64,000 nt of DNA from Pirellulales bacterium (GTDB taxonomy: Bacteria > Planctomycetota > Planctomycetia > Pirellulales > PALSA-1355): NCBI GenBank assembly GCA_963733035.1, contig CAVTBU010000004.1, positions 96,001-160,000 on the forward strand. Reading direction: 5' to 3'. Positions within the stretch are counted from its first letter, which is position 1, and every line of letters begins with the position of its first letter. The notes below the pieces were generated by a model. The model made no database searches, was not told the origin of the DNA, and worked only from the letters and a program-made list of their open reading frames with translations. The translations under genes were made by a program, and so were the position numbers. Of the stretch, positions 21,690-34,027 are shown piece by piece.

Positions 21690-23111
21690 ATGCTCCGAGC
21701 GAACATTCTGCTCGCCCTTGCCGCCGGCGTGATCGGTCTCCAAGTTGCGACCGTCGTCAGTCGAGCCGACGAGCCGGTCTATTTTCGCCACGACTTTGGA
21801 CTGGCCGACGACGACAGCCGCGCCCTTCCCGAGGAACTCGACCCCCAGAAAGCGCTCTGGCGGCAGCCGGTGCCGCAGGGACATTCCACGCCCACGCTGG
21901 TCGGCGAGCGGATTTTTTTGACCGGTCACGACGGCAACGAATTGCTGACACTCTGCCTCGATCGGGCCAGCGGCCAGGAGCTGTGGCGCCAGGGCATCAC
22001 GGTCGATCATCTCGAAAAGTATCACCGCGAAGGGAGCCCCGCAGCCGCCACCGTGGCCTATCAAGACGGTCGCGTGTTCGCCTTCTTTGGCAGCTACGGC
22101 CTCTTGTGCTACGACCTCAACGGCAAACTGCTGTGGTCGAAACCGATGGGCCCGTTCCGCGACGAGTTCGGTTCGGCCAGCTCGCCGATTCTTGTTGACG
22201 GCAAAGTGATCCTTTGCGAAGACCACGACCTGGATAGCTTTCTGATTGCCATCCGCCAGGACAACGGCGAAACCGTCTGGCAAACACAGCGCGAGGGATT
22301 TACTCGCAGCTATGCCACGCCCGTGGTGTGGGACGTGAATGGGCGGCGGCAACTCGTGGTCGCCGGGTCTCTGCAGTTGGTCGGATACGACATCGCCACC
22401 GGTCGTCAGCTTTGGTCGCGCGACGGCTTTGCCCGAATTGTCAACACGACGCCGACGGTCGGCGATGAAACTTTGTATGTCGCCACCTGGTCGCCCGGCG
22501 GCGACACCGACGCGCGGATTGCCATGGAGCCCTGGGACGTCGCGCTGGGCATGTGGGATGCCAACAAGAACGGGCGGCTCGAGAACGCGGAGCTACCAGC
22601 CGGCGAGGTGCAGTCGCGGTTTTTTCGGATCGACCTCAATAGCGATCAGGCACTCGATCAGGCCGAATGGGAAAAGTACGCCGCGATTTTCGAACGGGCG
22701 CAAAATACGATGATAGCTCTCAAGCCGGACTCGAGCGGCGGACCGCCGCAAGTTGCCTGGCAGTACAATCGCGGCCTGCCCTACGTTGCCAGCCCACTGG
22801 TCTATCACGATCAGATCGTGCTGGTGAAAGACGGCGGCATCGTCACGGTTCTCAACGCCGACGATGGCGAATTGATCAAGCAGGCTCGCAGCCCCGGACA
22901 AGGAAGCTACTACGCCTCACCCGTGGCCGGCGACGGAAAAATGTACGTGGCCAGCGGTGGCGGCGTGCTGACCGTGTTCAAACCGGGCAAACAGCTTGAG
23001 CGGCTGTCGTCGCACGACTTTGGCGAGCGAATCGCGGCGACTCCGGTGATCGCCGATGGCCGAATCTATCTGCGTACCGCCAAGGCGCTGTATTGCTTTG
23101 GAGCCCGATAA
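21690..23111 (+). CDS. PQQ-like beta-propeller protein with EF-hand insert
   Basis: Repeats GQELW, GKLLW, SSPIL, ASPV. EF-like loops DANKNGRLENAE and DLNSDQALDQAE. Confidence 0.85.
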   Translation: MLRANILLALAAGVIGLQVATVVSRADEPVYFRHDFGLADDDSRALPEELDPQKALWRQPVPQGHSTPTLVGERIFLTGHDGNELLTLCLDRASGQELWRQGITVDHLEKYHREGSPAAATVAYQDGRVFAFFGSYGLLCYDLNGKLLWSKPMGPFRDEFGSASSPILVDGKVILCEDHDLDSFLIAIRQDNGETVWQTQREGFTRSYATPVVWDVNGRRQLVVAGSLQLVGYDIATGRQLWSRDGFARIVNTTPTVGDETLYVATWSPGGDTDARIAMEPWDVALGMWDANKNGRLENAELPAGEVQSRFFRIDLNSDQALDQAEWEKYAAIFERAQNTMIALKPDSSGGPPQVAWQYNRGLPYVASPLVYHDQIVLVKDGGIVTVLNADDGELIKQARSPGQGSYYASPVAGDGKMYVASGGGVLTVFKPGKQLERLSSHDFGERIAATPVIADGRIYLRTAKALYCFGAR

Positions 23112-23113
23112 CG

Positions 23114-24057
23114 ATGCGCGTGCATTTGATTCTCGCGGCGTTATGTGTTGGCCTCTTGTCGGCGTGGGTTATTGCCGCTGAAAGCCGGCGACCCGAGAAT
23201 GACGAACAGCTGCGCTATTGGCTCACCAACATGGTGGCCTACCATCGCTTCACACCGGACGAAGTTCACGCCGCCACAGGCCTCGCCCTGCCGGAGGTCG
23301 ACGCGGCACTCAAACGCTTTGACATCATCGCCGGCACAGTTCCCCCGCGCTAATGGATGCTCCCCTGCTGGTGCTCCCCTACCCTGGCGGCCGGCATCCG
23401 CGAATCGGTTTTCTGGAAGGGGCCATCGACCCGCAGCGCGAGACCAAGATCAGCGTGTTCACGCCATGGCCCAATGGTGGCTATGTCGTGGCCGACATTC
23501 CCGAGGCGATCTGGTCGAACCTGGGGCTGACGTATCTGGCACATACGCACGTGCCGACGATCTGGACCAAACAGAACGTGGCGCTCGACAAGCTCGAATG
23601 GATGCGCCACGCCGACGGCACGCTGTCGTTCGAGCGCACGCTTCCAAACGGCATTCGCTTTGGAACGAAGGTCATGCCCGAGCCGAACGCCGTGCGCATG
23701 GAAATGTGGCTGACCAACGGAACCGATGCGCCGCTGAGTGACTTGCGCGTGCAGAACTGCGTGATGCTCAAAGCAGCGCGTGGCTTCGCGGCCCAGACGA
23801 ACGATAACAAGATCTTCGAGTCCCCCTACACGGCCTGCCGCTCGGCCGATGGCACACATTGGGTGATCAGCGCCTGGGAGCCGTGCCAGCGGGCCTGGGG
23901 AAACGACCGCTGCCCTTGCCTTCACTCCGATCCGCAATTTCCGGATTGCCCGCCGGGCGAATCCCGCCGGCTGCGCGGCTGGCTCTCGTTCTACCAGGGG
24001 ACCGACATCGAGGGCGAATTCCGCCGCATCGACACGCTCGGCTGGCGGGCCGACTGA
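23114..24057 (+). CDS. Secreted hypothetical protein, 1-nt frameshift near 23350
   Basis: A signal-peptide ORF abuts the frame PYPGGRHPRIGFLEGAIDP...CPCLHSDP.FPDC.PGE. Confidence 0.65.
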
Positions 24058-24150
24058 TTTTGGTGAACCACCGCCGGGCCAGACGTATCTCTCTTGCCAG
24101 TATTTGGATATACTGTCGCATTCGTTTCGAAAGCCGACCACAAACCGACC

Positions 24151-25157
24151 ATGATTCGCGTCGCCATCATCGGAGCCACGGGCTACACGGCCCTCGAACT
24201 GATCAAGATCCTGCTGCGGCATCCCGGCGTGGAAATCACCACGTTGACCAGCCGTAGCGAGGGCAGTCCGCACGTTGCTAGCGTCCATCCACAGTTGGCG
24301 GGCCGGATCGATTTGCAGATGGCCGACCTGGGGCCGGCGGAAATTGGCTCGCGGGCCGACGTGGCCTTTAGTTGTCTTCCGCACGGCGTAACCGCGGCGC
24401 TGGTGCCGAAACTGCTCGACACGGGCACGAAAGTCGTCGACCTGAGCGCCGACTATCGGCTGGACGACCCCGAGGTCTATGCCCTGTGGTACGGTCAAAA
24501 ACATGCCGACGCGGAGCGACTGGCCAGCACCGTCTATGGGTTGCCAGAGTTGTTCCGCGAGCGAATTCGTGAAGCCCGCCTGGTGGCGAACCCGGGCTGT
24601 TATCCAACCTCGGCGATCTTGCCGCTGGCGCCGTTTCTCAAAGCCGGGCTCATCGATCCGCGCTCGATCATCATTGATGCCAAGAGCGGTGTCTCCGGCG
24701 CCGGACGCTCCCCCAAGCTGACGACGCACTTTCCCGAGTGCAACGAAAGCATCTCGGCCTACAACGTCGGTCGACATCGGCATACGCCGGAAATCGAACA
24801 AATTCTTTCGACGGCGAGCGGCGAGACGGTGGAAGTGGTTTTCACGCCGCATCTGGTGCCGATGGATCGCGGCATCCTGTCGACAACCTACTCGCAACCG
24901 ATCGGTGAAATCACCGAAGAGCAAGCCCTCGATGCGCTCCGCAAATTTTACGTCGATGAACCGTTCGTACGCGTGGTGAACCATTTGCCGGGAACGAAGG
25001 ACACAGTGGGCACGAATTTCTGCGACATCACGGCTCGCGTCGTGCGCGGGCGGCTACTGACGATCAGTTGCATCGACAATCTGATCAAAGGCGCTCGGGC
25101 GCGGCCGTGCAGAACTTCAACCTGATGTACGGGTTTGGCGAAACGACGGCATTGTGA
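24151..25157 (+). CDS. argC: N-acetyl-gamma-glutamyl-phosphate reductase, 1-nt frameshift near 25093
   Basis: [42 protein letters not shown], then shifted [11 protein letters not shown]. Confidence 0.95.
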
Positions 25158-25242
25158 CGGCCGGTTGACTTCCCGGGTCGCAAGCACAGCTCGCTCGAGT
25201 TGCCATACCTTTAAAACATTCACCAGTTTGGAACCGAAGCCG

Positions 25243-26436
25243 ATGACCGTTGCCGTTCCCCAGGGATTTCGCGTCGCCGGTGTGTACGCCGGGATCAAGC
25301 GAAACACGTCGAAGCTGGACATCTCGCTGGTCGTGTCCGACCGCCCGGCCGTCGCTGCCGGCGTCTACACGCAAAACCGAGTGTTCGCCGCTCCGGTGGC
25401 GCTCGACCGCGCGCGCACGCCGGCTTGTGACATTCGCGCGGTCGTGATCAACTCCGGCAACGCCAATGCCTGCACGGGCGAGCGCGGCATGCGCGACGCT
25501 GAAACCATGGCGAACGCGGCCGCTGGCGCATGCGGCGCCGATGGAAAACAGGCCCTCGTGCTGAGCACCGGCATCATCGGCGCCTTCCTGCCGATGGAGA
25601 AGATTCTGCCGGGCATCGAGCAGGCCGCGCAAGGACTCGGCACGGACGAAACGGCGCTCGTGAATGCGGCCCGGGGAATGCTGACTACCGATACGGTCCA
25701 CAAGCTGGCCGGCCGGACGCTGAAGCTGGCCGGTCGTACGGTGCGGATTTGCGGCATGGCCAAGGGCGCCGCGATGATCGGTCCGAACATGGCCACCATG
25801 CTGGGAGTCGTACTAACCGATGCGCCGCTGGAAGTGGATGCTGCCCAGCAGCTGCTGCGCGAGGTCACCAACGCCACGTTCAATTGCATCAGCGTGGATG
25901 GCCATATGAGCACCAACGACACAGTGCTGTTGCTGGCCAACGGCGCGGCGGGTGGCGCACCTCTGGCAGGCGAAGATTTCACCGCGTTCGCCCGGGCCTT
26001 GCAAGAAACCTGCAGTGAGTTGGCCCGCTCCATCCCGGCCGACGGCGAAGGGGCGACGCACTTGATCATGCTCGACGTGGAGGGCTGCACGACGCCCGAC
26101 GCGGCTCGCCAGATTGCCCGCACGGTGGCCGATAGCGCCCTGGTCAAAACGGCCGTGGCCGGGGCCGATCCGAATTGGGGACGCATCGTTTCGGCGGCCG
26201 GCTATGCCGGTATCGAGTTCGACCCCTCGGGAGTCGACCTGTCGATCAACGGGTTCTCGCTCTACCAACGCGGAGCCCCGGTCGAAGTCGACGCCGAGCG
26301 TGTCTCGAAGTCGATCCGCGACAATCGCGACACGCAAATTGTGTTGCGGTTCTCCGAGGGTCAGGCCAATGTGCGGTTCTGGACGACCGATTTGACGACC
26401 GAATACGTACGGCTCAACGCGGACTATCACACATGA
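25243..26436 (+). CDS. argJ: Ornithine acetyltransferase / N-acetylglutamate synthase
   Basis: NSGNANACTG, KGAAMIGPNMATML autoproteolysis site, STNDT, DGEGAT, DPNWGR, NADYHT. Confidence 0.96.
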   Translation: MTVAVPQGFRVAGVYAGIKRNTSKLDISLVVSDRPAVAAGVYTQNRVFAAPVALDRARTPACDIRAVVINSGNANACTGERGMRDAETMANAAAGACGADGKQALVLSTGIIGAFLPMEKILPGIEQAAQGLGTDETALVNAARGMLTTDTVHKLAGRTLKLAGRTVRICGMAKGAAMIGPNMATMLGVVLTDAPLEVDAAQQLLREVTNATFNCISVDGHMSTNDTVLLLANGAAGGAPLAGEDFTAFARALQETCSELARSIPADGEGATHLIMLDVEGCTTPDAARQIARTVADSALVKTAVAGADPNWGRIVSAAGYAGIEFDPSGVDLSINGFSLYQRGAPVEVDAERVSKSIRDNRDTQIVLRFSEGQANVRFWTTDLTTEYVRLNADYHT

Positions 26437-27430
26437 GTGTCTCGCTCCGGCGAGTTCGCGCGGCGCAGTCGTGCTGGCGACATTGATCGTGGCCGCAGTG
26501 GTCGGCTATCGCATGACCGGACGGGACTGGCTCGATGCGGTCTACATGGTCATGATTACCATCTCGACGGTGGGATTTGGCGAAACCAGTTCCCTTTCTT
26601 CCACCGAGCAGGTGCTCACCATTGGGGTGATCGTGCTCGGCATCTCGGCCGCGGTTTTTACGCTGGGAGGATTCATCCAAATGACGATGGAAGGCGAAAT
26701 CGAACGATCGCTCCAATTGGGACGGACCACACGCGCCATCGAAAAGCTCTCGGGCCATGTGATCCTCTGTGGCTATGGGCGGATCGGCCAGATATTAGCT
26801 CGCGAGCTGACCGCTAAGAAGCAACCGTTCGTCGTGATCGACAACAACGCCGAAGTGATCGCCGACGCCCAAAACTCCGGGTATCTCGTCCTGCTGGGCG
26901 ACGCCACCGACGAGTCGATGCTCGTGGCGGCCGGAGTCCAGCGGTCTCGCACCGTCGTGACGGCTTTGCCGAGCGATGCGGCCAACGTGTTCATCACGCT
27001 CACAGCGCGCAATCTGAATCATTCGCTGCAAATCATTGCCCGCGGCGAACAGCAATCGACGGAAAAAAAGCTCTTGCAGGCCGGTGCAAATCGCGTCGTG
27101 CTGCCCGCAGCCATCGGTGCCATGCGGATGGCCGCGATGGTCACTCGACCCTCGACGATCGAGTTGATGGAGCTCGTGGCCGGGCAAAGCACGCTCGACG
27201 TGGAAGTCGATGAAATCCAGGTTGTCGTCGGCAGTCCGCTCGTCGGAAAAACACTCGGTGACGCCCGACTGCGGAGCGCGGGGGGACTGCTGGTAGTCGC
27301 CGTCAAACTGGCCGCCGGCGGAATGATCTTCAATCCTGGTACGGAACTCAGTTTCTCGGCAGGTGATACGCTGATTGTGCTGGGCAAGCTTGACGATATC
27401 GACCGCTTTCGCCGCGAACACGGGCTCTGA
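26433..27430 (+). CDS. 2-TM potassium channel with RCK (TrkA-N/C) domain, 1-nt frameshift near 26459
   Basis: TISTVGFGE filter, CGYGRIG, GDAT. ATG overlaps the argJ stop (ATGA). Confidence 0.9.
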
Positions 27431-27592
27431 TTGGCTCCGGGCGTGGCCGTCGGAGGACTTCTCTGGCACTTGACAGCCACGTGTCGTTAGGGGGAAATGG
27501 GACGTAGCGGCGATGGTTCGGAATTCGGCCGCCAGGCAGTCTGTACCCGCGGCTAACCCACCTGGTTTCGTTCCCTCCTCCAAAGGCGTGGC

Positions 27593-30500
27593 ATGACGCG
27601 ACTACTACGATTCCACGGTTTTCCGGTACTCGTTCTCGTCGTGTTGGCGCTCGGCATTTCCAATCGCTCTCGGGCGGCTAAGGCCGCCGACGACGTACCA
27701 GCCGATCATCCCGAACAGATGGCCACCAGTCTTGAGTTGTTCAAGGAAAACGTCCGCGGCTTGTTATCGCGACAATGCGTCGACTGTCACGGCGGCAAGG
27801 AGACGCACGGCGAGTTCGACCTCACGACGCGTGAGGGACTGCTCAAGGGAGGTGAACTGGGGCCGGCCGTCGTGCCGGGAAAACCAGCCGACAGCCTGCT
27901 GATGCAATTGGTGCGGCATGAGAAAGATCCCAACATGCCGCAGGACGGGGACAAGCTGGCGGACGAGTCGATCGAACAGTTGTCGGCCTGGATAGCCTCC
28001 GGGGCCGCCTACGACAAGCCGCTGGTCGACACGGCCGCGGAGTTGACCGCCAAAAAGGTTTCCGAAGACGATCGGCGGTTCTGGTCGTTTCAGCCGCTGT
28101 CGAAGCCGAGCGTTCCCACGACCGACGACCACGGCTGGTGCAAAAACACGATCGACCATTTCGTGTGGGGCAAGCTGGCGGAAAAGGGGCTCAAGCCGAA
28201 CGGCATGGCCGACCGCCGCAAGCTCATTCGCCGAGCCTACTTCGACCTGATAGGCCTTCCGCCCAGCCCCGCGGAAGTCGACGCCTTTCTGGCCGACGAA
28301 TCGGATGATGCCTACGACCGGCTCATCGACACTTTGCTGGCCAGCCCTCACTATGGCGAACGGTGGGGCCGGCATTGGCTCGATCTGGCTCGATTTGCCG
28401 AGAGCCACGGCTACGAACAGGACTACGACCGGCCGAGCGCCTACCACTATCGCGATTTCGTGATTCAGGCGCTCAACGACGACATGCCGTACGATCAATT
28501 CGTGCGCTGGCAATTGGCCGGCGACGAGTTCGAACCGGACAACAACCTGGCGCTGATGGCCACCGGTTTTCTCGGGGCCGGCACGCACGCCACGCAAATC
28601 ACGGCCAACCAGGTGGAAAAAGAACGCTACGACGAATTGGACGACATGGCGGCCACGGTCGGCACGGCGATGTTAGGCCTGACGATCGGTTGCGCTCGCT
28701 GTCACGATCACAAGTACGACCCGATTCCGCAAGTCGACTACTACCGCCTGCTTTCGACGTTTACGACCACGGTGCGGACGGAGGTCGAACTCGATTTTCA
28801 TCCCGAGGTCACCGCCGAAAAAAAGGCGACATTCGAGCGCGAACACGCACCGCTCGTGGCGGCACTCAAGCAATTCGAGGACGAGCAACTCGCCAGCCGC
28901 TACGAAACCTGGCTGGCCAGCGGCGTCAAAAACGTGCTGCCCACCTGGATGGTCCTTGAGCCGGCGACGCTGACGTCGGCCGGTGGGGCGGAGTTTGAAA
29001 AACTGTCCGACAGCTCGGTCCTGGCCAAGGGAACTAACGCCGAGTTTGACACTTATACTTTCGTCGTGCCGACAAAGATGGCGAGCATCACAGCCATCCG
29101 CCTCGAGACGCTCGCACATGAATCGTTGCCGAAGAACGGTCCCGGGCGCGCGGAAAACGGCAACTTTGCCCTTTCGGATTTCCAGCTCTGGGCCGCTCCA
29201 CCAGGAACGCAAACGCCCGGCGCGCCGGTCAAGCTTGTCAGCCCCAAGGCCACTTTCGAGCAGGAAGGATTGCCGATTTCCGGGACGCTCGACGACAACA
29301 AGAAAAGCGCCTGGGCCGTCGATGGCGAAATCGGCAAGAACCAGGCGGCCAGCTTCGCCTTGGAAACGCCGCTCAAGAACGACGCCGGCACGACGCTTAC
29401 GTTTGTTCTCAAATTCGAAAACAACAAGGGCCACAACCTGGGTCGGCTGCGGCTCTCAGCGAGCAGCTTCACCAAGGAGAGCGAGCCCAAGAGCGACGAA
29501 GCGGCGCAGTCCACGGTCGAGCAGATCAATCAGGCACTCGCGATTCCCGCCGAACAACGCGACGAAGGCCAGCATGCGGCGCTCGCCAAGTGGTATCGCG
29601 AACACGAAGACACCGAGTGGCAGCGGTTGTCCAATGCCGTTGCCGACCACGCGGCGCAAGCGCCACAGCCGGAACTGACAAAGGTGATGATTTGCACCGA
29701 AGGGTTGCCGGCGATTCGTCTGCATACGCAAGGGGCCGATTTCTTCGAGGAAACGTATTTTCTAAAGCGTGGCGACTTGAATCAGAAGCTCGGCGTGGCC
29801 CCGCAAGGCTTCCTGCAGGTTCTCATGCTCACGCCCCAAGGTCCCGAGCAATGGCTGCAAACGCCGCCCGAGGGGTGCCGCACGTCGTATCGCCGGCGCT
29901 CGCTGGCCGCATGGATCACCGACACTCGCGCCGGCGCGGGGAACCTTTTGGCGCGGGTCATCGTCAATCGGCTCTGGCAGCACCATTTCGGCCGCGGCAT
30001 CGTGGCCACACCTAGCGACTTCGGCGCCTCCGGCGAGCGCCCACGCATCCCGAGTTGCTCGACTATCTGGCCGGAGAGCTGGTTGCCGGCGGTTGGCGGC
30101 TCAAGGCGTTGCACAAGGAAATGATGACCAGCGCGGCGTATATGCAATCGACCGAGGTCGACCCGGACCGCGCGGCGATTGATCCAGACAATCTCTACCT
30201 CTGGCATCGCTCGCGGCAACGGCTCGAGGCGGAAGCGATTCGCGATAGCATGTTGGCCGCCAGTGGGCTGCTGGACGAAACGATGTACGGCCCCGGCTCG
30301 CTCGACGAGTCGCAAAAGCGTCGCAGCATTTATTTCACGGTCAAGCGGAGCAAACTGATCCCCAGCATGATGCTCTTCGACGCGCCAGATTCGTTGCAGG
30401 GGCTGGGTCAGCGGGCCGCCACAATCGTCGCCCCCCAGGCGCTGGCGATGCTGAACAATGAACAAGTCCAGGCAAATGCGCGAGCGCTGGCCGAACGGAT

Positions 30501-30723
30501 TTTGGGCGAGAAGCACCCTTCACTTGACGAGACGATCCGCAGGGGATACGAGGTCACGCTTGCTCGGTTGCCAGACGACACGGAAGCCTCGCAGTCCGCA
30601 GAATACATTCGACATGCGACCGAACTTTACAAAGCCGCCGGAAACGACGAGGCCGAGACACAGGCCCTGGCCGATTTTTGCCAGGTGCTTTTCGGCCTGA
30701 ACGAGTTCATTTACATCGACTGA
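27593..30723 (+). CDS. PSD1/planctomycete cytochrome c protein (DUF1549/DUF1553), 1-nt frameshift near 30040
   Basis: [35 protein letters not shown], shifted [24 protein letters not shown]. Confidence 0.93.
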
Positions 30724-30759
30724 TCGCGCCAGTCCCTTGGGACCAGGAGCTACGTTGTC

Positions 30760-32229
30760 ATGCATCTTCCGCACCTGTTTGCCTCGCCGCCGTCGCAATT
30801 CGCCACGCGCCGGCAGTTTTTGCGTCAGGCCGGTTCCGGCGCGGGATGGCTCGCGCTGGCCGCCCTGCTCGAAGATCAAGGCCTGATTCGGCAAGCACAC
30901 GGAGCGACGCCCGGCATGGCGATCAATCCGATGGCCCCGCGCGAGTCGCACTTTCCGGCCAAGGCCAAGAGCGTTATTTGGTTGTTCATGAACGGTGGCC
31001 CCAGCCAGGTCGACACCTGGGACTACAAACCCGAGTTGGCCAAGCGAGACGGCAAGGAACTACCCGGCTTCGACAAGAACACCGGTTTCTTCACCGACCA
31101 GGTCGGGCCGCTGATGCAGTCGCCGTTCCAGTTCGCCCAGCACGGCGAGTCGGGCGCCTGGGTCTCTGAGATATTTCCCAAGATGGCCGCGCACGTCGAC
31201 GAGATGGCGTTCATCCACTCGTGCTTCACCAAGACCAACAACCACTCGCCGGCCCTGTTCGAAATCAACACCGGTATGAGCCGCATGGGTTTCCCCTGTA
31301 TGGGCGCGTGGGTCACCTACGGGCTGGGAAGTGTAAACCGCAACCTGCCTGGCTTCATCGCCATGTACGACACGTTGGGCCGCGGCCTGCCGAAAGGGCA
31401 CGCCCAAAACTGGGGCGCCGGTTTCCTGCCGGGCGTCTTCCAGGGGACGGCGCTCAACGCCCAGGGTGCGCCGATTAACAACCTCTATCGCCGCAACGGA
31501 ATGACCGATGAAGAGCAGGTTGCCCAGCTCGACTTGCTGCGCCGGCTCAACCAGCATCAGCCGGGCTCGGACGAAGCCGATCTGGCAGCCCGCATCGAAA
31601 GCTTCGAGCTGGCCTACCGCATGCAAATAGCGGCGCCCGAGGCGCTCGACATCGACAGCGAGCCGGCGCATATTCGCGAGCTGTACGGCATCGACAACCC
31701 CAAGTGCCAACACTTCGCCAAGCAAGTGCTAACCGCGCGGCGGCTGGTCGAGCGCGGGGTCCGCTTCGTGCAGATTTATTCCGGCGGCATGGAAAACGAG
31801 CGCAGCTGGGACGGCCATCAGAACATCAAAGCCAACCACACACAGTTCGCCGGCGAGACCGACATTCCGATCGGTGCCCTGCTGACGGACCTCAAACAAC
31901 GTGGGCTGCTCGAATCGACTCTCATCATCTGGTGCGGCGAGTTTGGTCGTTTGCCGATCGTGCAGAAGGGTGGCACCGGCCGCGACCACAATCCGCACGC
32001 CTTCACCACCTGGCTGGCCGGTGGCGGCGTGAAAGGGGGCGTGCACCACGGCGCCACCGACGAGATCGGCCACAAAGCCGTGGTCGACCGCGTGAGCATC
32101 AACGACCTCCACGCCACGATCCTGCACTTGCTGGGGATGAATCACGAAAAGCTAACCTACCGCTACAACGGCCGCGATTTCCGCCTGACCGACGTGGCAG
32201 GATCCGTGGTTCGGGAAGTGTTGGCGTAA
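30760..32229 (+). CDS. DUF1501 protein (Tat)
   Basis: TRRQFL, LFMNGGPSQVDTWD, WDGH, GEFGR, GRDHN. Confidence 0.93.
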   Translation: MHLPHLFASPPSQFATRRQFLRQAGSGAGWLALAALLEDQGLIRQAHGATPGMAINPMAPRESHFPAKAKSVIWLFMNGGPSQVDTWDYKPELAKRDGKELPGFDKNTGFFTDQVGPLMQSPFQFAQHGESGAWVSEIFPKMAAHVDEMAFIHSCFTKTNNHSPALFEINTGMSRMGFPCMGAWVTYGLGSVNRNLPGFIAMYDTLGRGLPKGHAQNWGAGFLPGVFQGTALNAQGAPINNLYRRNGMTDEEQVAQLDLLRRLNQHQPGSDEADLAARIESFELAYRMQIAAPEALDIDSEPAHIRELYGIDNPKCQHFAKQVLTARRLVERGVRFVQIYSGGMENERSWDGHQNIKANHTQFAGETDIPIGALLTDLKQRGLLESTLIIWCGEFGRLPIVQKGGTGRDHNPHAFTTWLAGGGVKGGVHHGATDEIGHKAVVDRVSINDLHATILHLLGMNHEKLTYRYNGRDFRLTDVAGSVVREVLA

Positions 32230-32242
32230 AGACCGCGCGAGT

Positions 32243-33964
32243 TCACCGTTTTACCGCCACCGACTCGACCAAGCAGCCTGCCCGGTCGGGCGTTTCCGCC
32301 CCCGAGCGAATTCGCAAATACGACACGCCACCAAACGCATCGCCGTGCTGCGGCAACGTAAACTCGCGTTTACCGTCAATCGACACCTGGCAGCTGCGGT
32401 TCGACAAGTCCCACTGAAACGACAGCGTCGACCACACGCCCGTTTCGAGGCTCGACTCCTCGGTCAACTTCCCGCTGGCAGGAATCTGCAGCCGAAACAC
32501 CGCATCGGACTCGCCTCGATCATCGGCGGGATTGAAGAAGCGGTCGTTCAGGCAAAGGTCGACCCCTGCAAATCCGCTCTTGGGGAAAATACGCACATCG
32601 AGCCGGCCCTGGTCGCATCCGGCAAAGTTCCAACTCGCGCAGTCCGGATCTTTCTCGTCGGGCCTGCGGACGTGCAACACCGACGCGCCGGGCTTGGTGG
32701 GGTGATCAATCAACTGGGCTCCGACGCAGCGGTCGCGCCAGAACCCCGATGCCGGACCAAACGGTTTCCAGACGTGCCAATTGACGAGTCCTGCCGAGAA
32801 ATCGTCCGTTTGTTCCATTTCGGTCAGCCAATCGGGATCCAACAAGATCGTTGTCCTGCGATTTCCCTGGCCGGTGACGAGCACAATCTGGCCCGACTTT
32901 CCGACGGTGATCTGCGGATAAGCCGTGCCGCGATCTCCTTGATGGGGCGGAGAGTCGTTGCGATAGGGGTCGCGATACACTTCGCGGAATCCCTGCCACG
33001 AGCGGCCCTCATCGGCGGAAACGGCCGCGTGGAGTGCGTCGCGGCCGCCATAGACGCCTGCGCCCTGATAGCGAGGCGGCATTTCGCAATTGTTCCAGCA
33101 GACGATGATCCGCCCGTCCCCCAGACGATCAAGCGCCGCCGGCGCGGTCGATGCGTGAAATGGCGCAGGTCTGGCCGCGATCCAGTTGACCCCGTTATCA
33201 GAATGCGATTCGTAGAGGAATCCGGTTTGCGATCGCATCAGCATCCATAGCCGTCCGTCGTTTAACTGCAACAGGGTGGGCTCGATGGCGCCGTAATTGT
33301 TGCCGTTGTATCCTTGCTTGCACGGTGCGGTCAACTTGACCGGAGACAAGCGCCACGATTCGCCCCGGTCATCGGAATAGACAACGGTCGTGTAGTTCAA
33401 ACCGGTGTTCGGGGCCACCGGTTCGCCCGGCTTTTTCCAGGCCGCAAACGGGACAATGATTCGCCCACTGCGCAGCTGCTTGACGTCCATCACGGCGCCG
33501 CAATACCCCTCCCAGATGCGCCGCGGCTCGGTCCAGTCTCGGCGCTGGTCGGTGGTTCGGCAATGCCACAAGTCAATGAACATCCCTTCCGCCGGTTTCC
33601 CTTTTCCGCGCGCGTGGGTCAGGATCAGGTGGATCTCCCCATCCGCGTCGAGCAATCCGAGCCCGCTGCCCATGCGGCCGTCGGCCAGCGTGAACTCAAC
33701 CCGCGGCGAGCTCCAGGTGCGGCCTCCATCGGTCGAGCTGACGGAAACAAGCTCCCCGCTCGAAGCCTGAAACGCCCGCAACGTGCCATCCGGCATGGCC
33801 ACCGGTCGCGTCGTCGGACCGGCGGGAACCCGTTCCAACCCGGGCGATTGGGCCCAAACGGCCGTCGCCAACTGGAAAACGGTGAGCCACATCACGCCAC
33901 GAAAGAGAAACCTCGAAATGTCATCGACTCGGTTGCCCAAGCGCGACGCGGAATTAACGATCAT
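32243..33964 (-). CDS. Sialidase-like/BNR-repeat protein with C-terminal lectin-like domain
   Basis: Asp-boxes STDGGRTW, SDDRGESW, SADEGRSW; EP..MLMR; AYP. Confidence 0.82.
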   Translation of the reverse strand: MIVNSASRLGNRVDDISRFLFRGVMWLTVFQLATAVWAQSPGLERVPAGPTTRPVAMPDGTLRAFQASSGELVSVSSTDGGRTWSSPRVEFTLADGRMGSGLGLLDADGEIHLILTHARGKGKPAEGMFIDLWHCRTTDQRRDWTEPRRIWEGYCGAVMDVKQLRSGRIIVPFAAWKKPGEPVAPNTGLNYTTVVYSDDRGESWRLSPVKLTAPCKQGYNGNNYGAIEPTLLQLNDGRLWMLMRSQTGFLYESHSDNGVNWIAARPAPFHASTAPAALDRLGDGRIIVCWNNCEMPPRYQGAGVYGGRDALHAAVSADEGRSWQGFREVYRDPYRNDSPPHQGDRGTAYPQITVGKSGQIVLVTGQGNRRTTILLDPDWLTEMEQTDDFSAGLVNWHVWKPFGPASGFWRDRCVGAQLIDHPTKPGASVLHVRRPDEKDPDCASWNFAGCDQGRLDVRIFPKSGFAGVDLCLNDRFFNPADDRGESDAVFRLQIPASGKLTEESSLETGVWSTLSFQWDLSNRSCQVSIDGKREFTLPQHGDAFGGVSYLRIRSGAETPDRAGCLVESVAVKR

Positions 33965-34027
33965 TGACTTTCCTCATGCCGCCGGCCGATACACTTTCGT
34001 CCGCAAGCGCTGGCGTCGCTTGACCGC

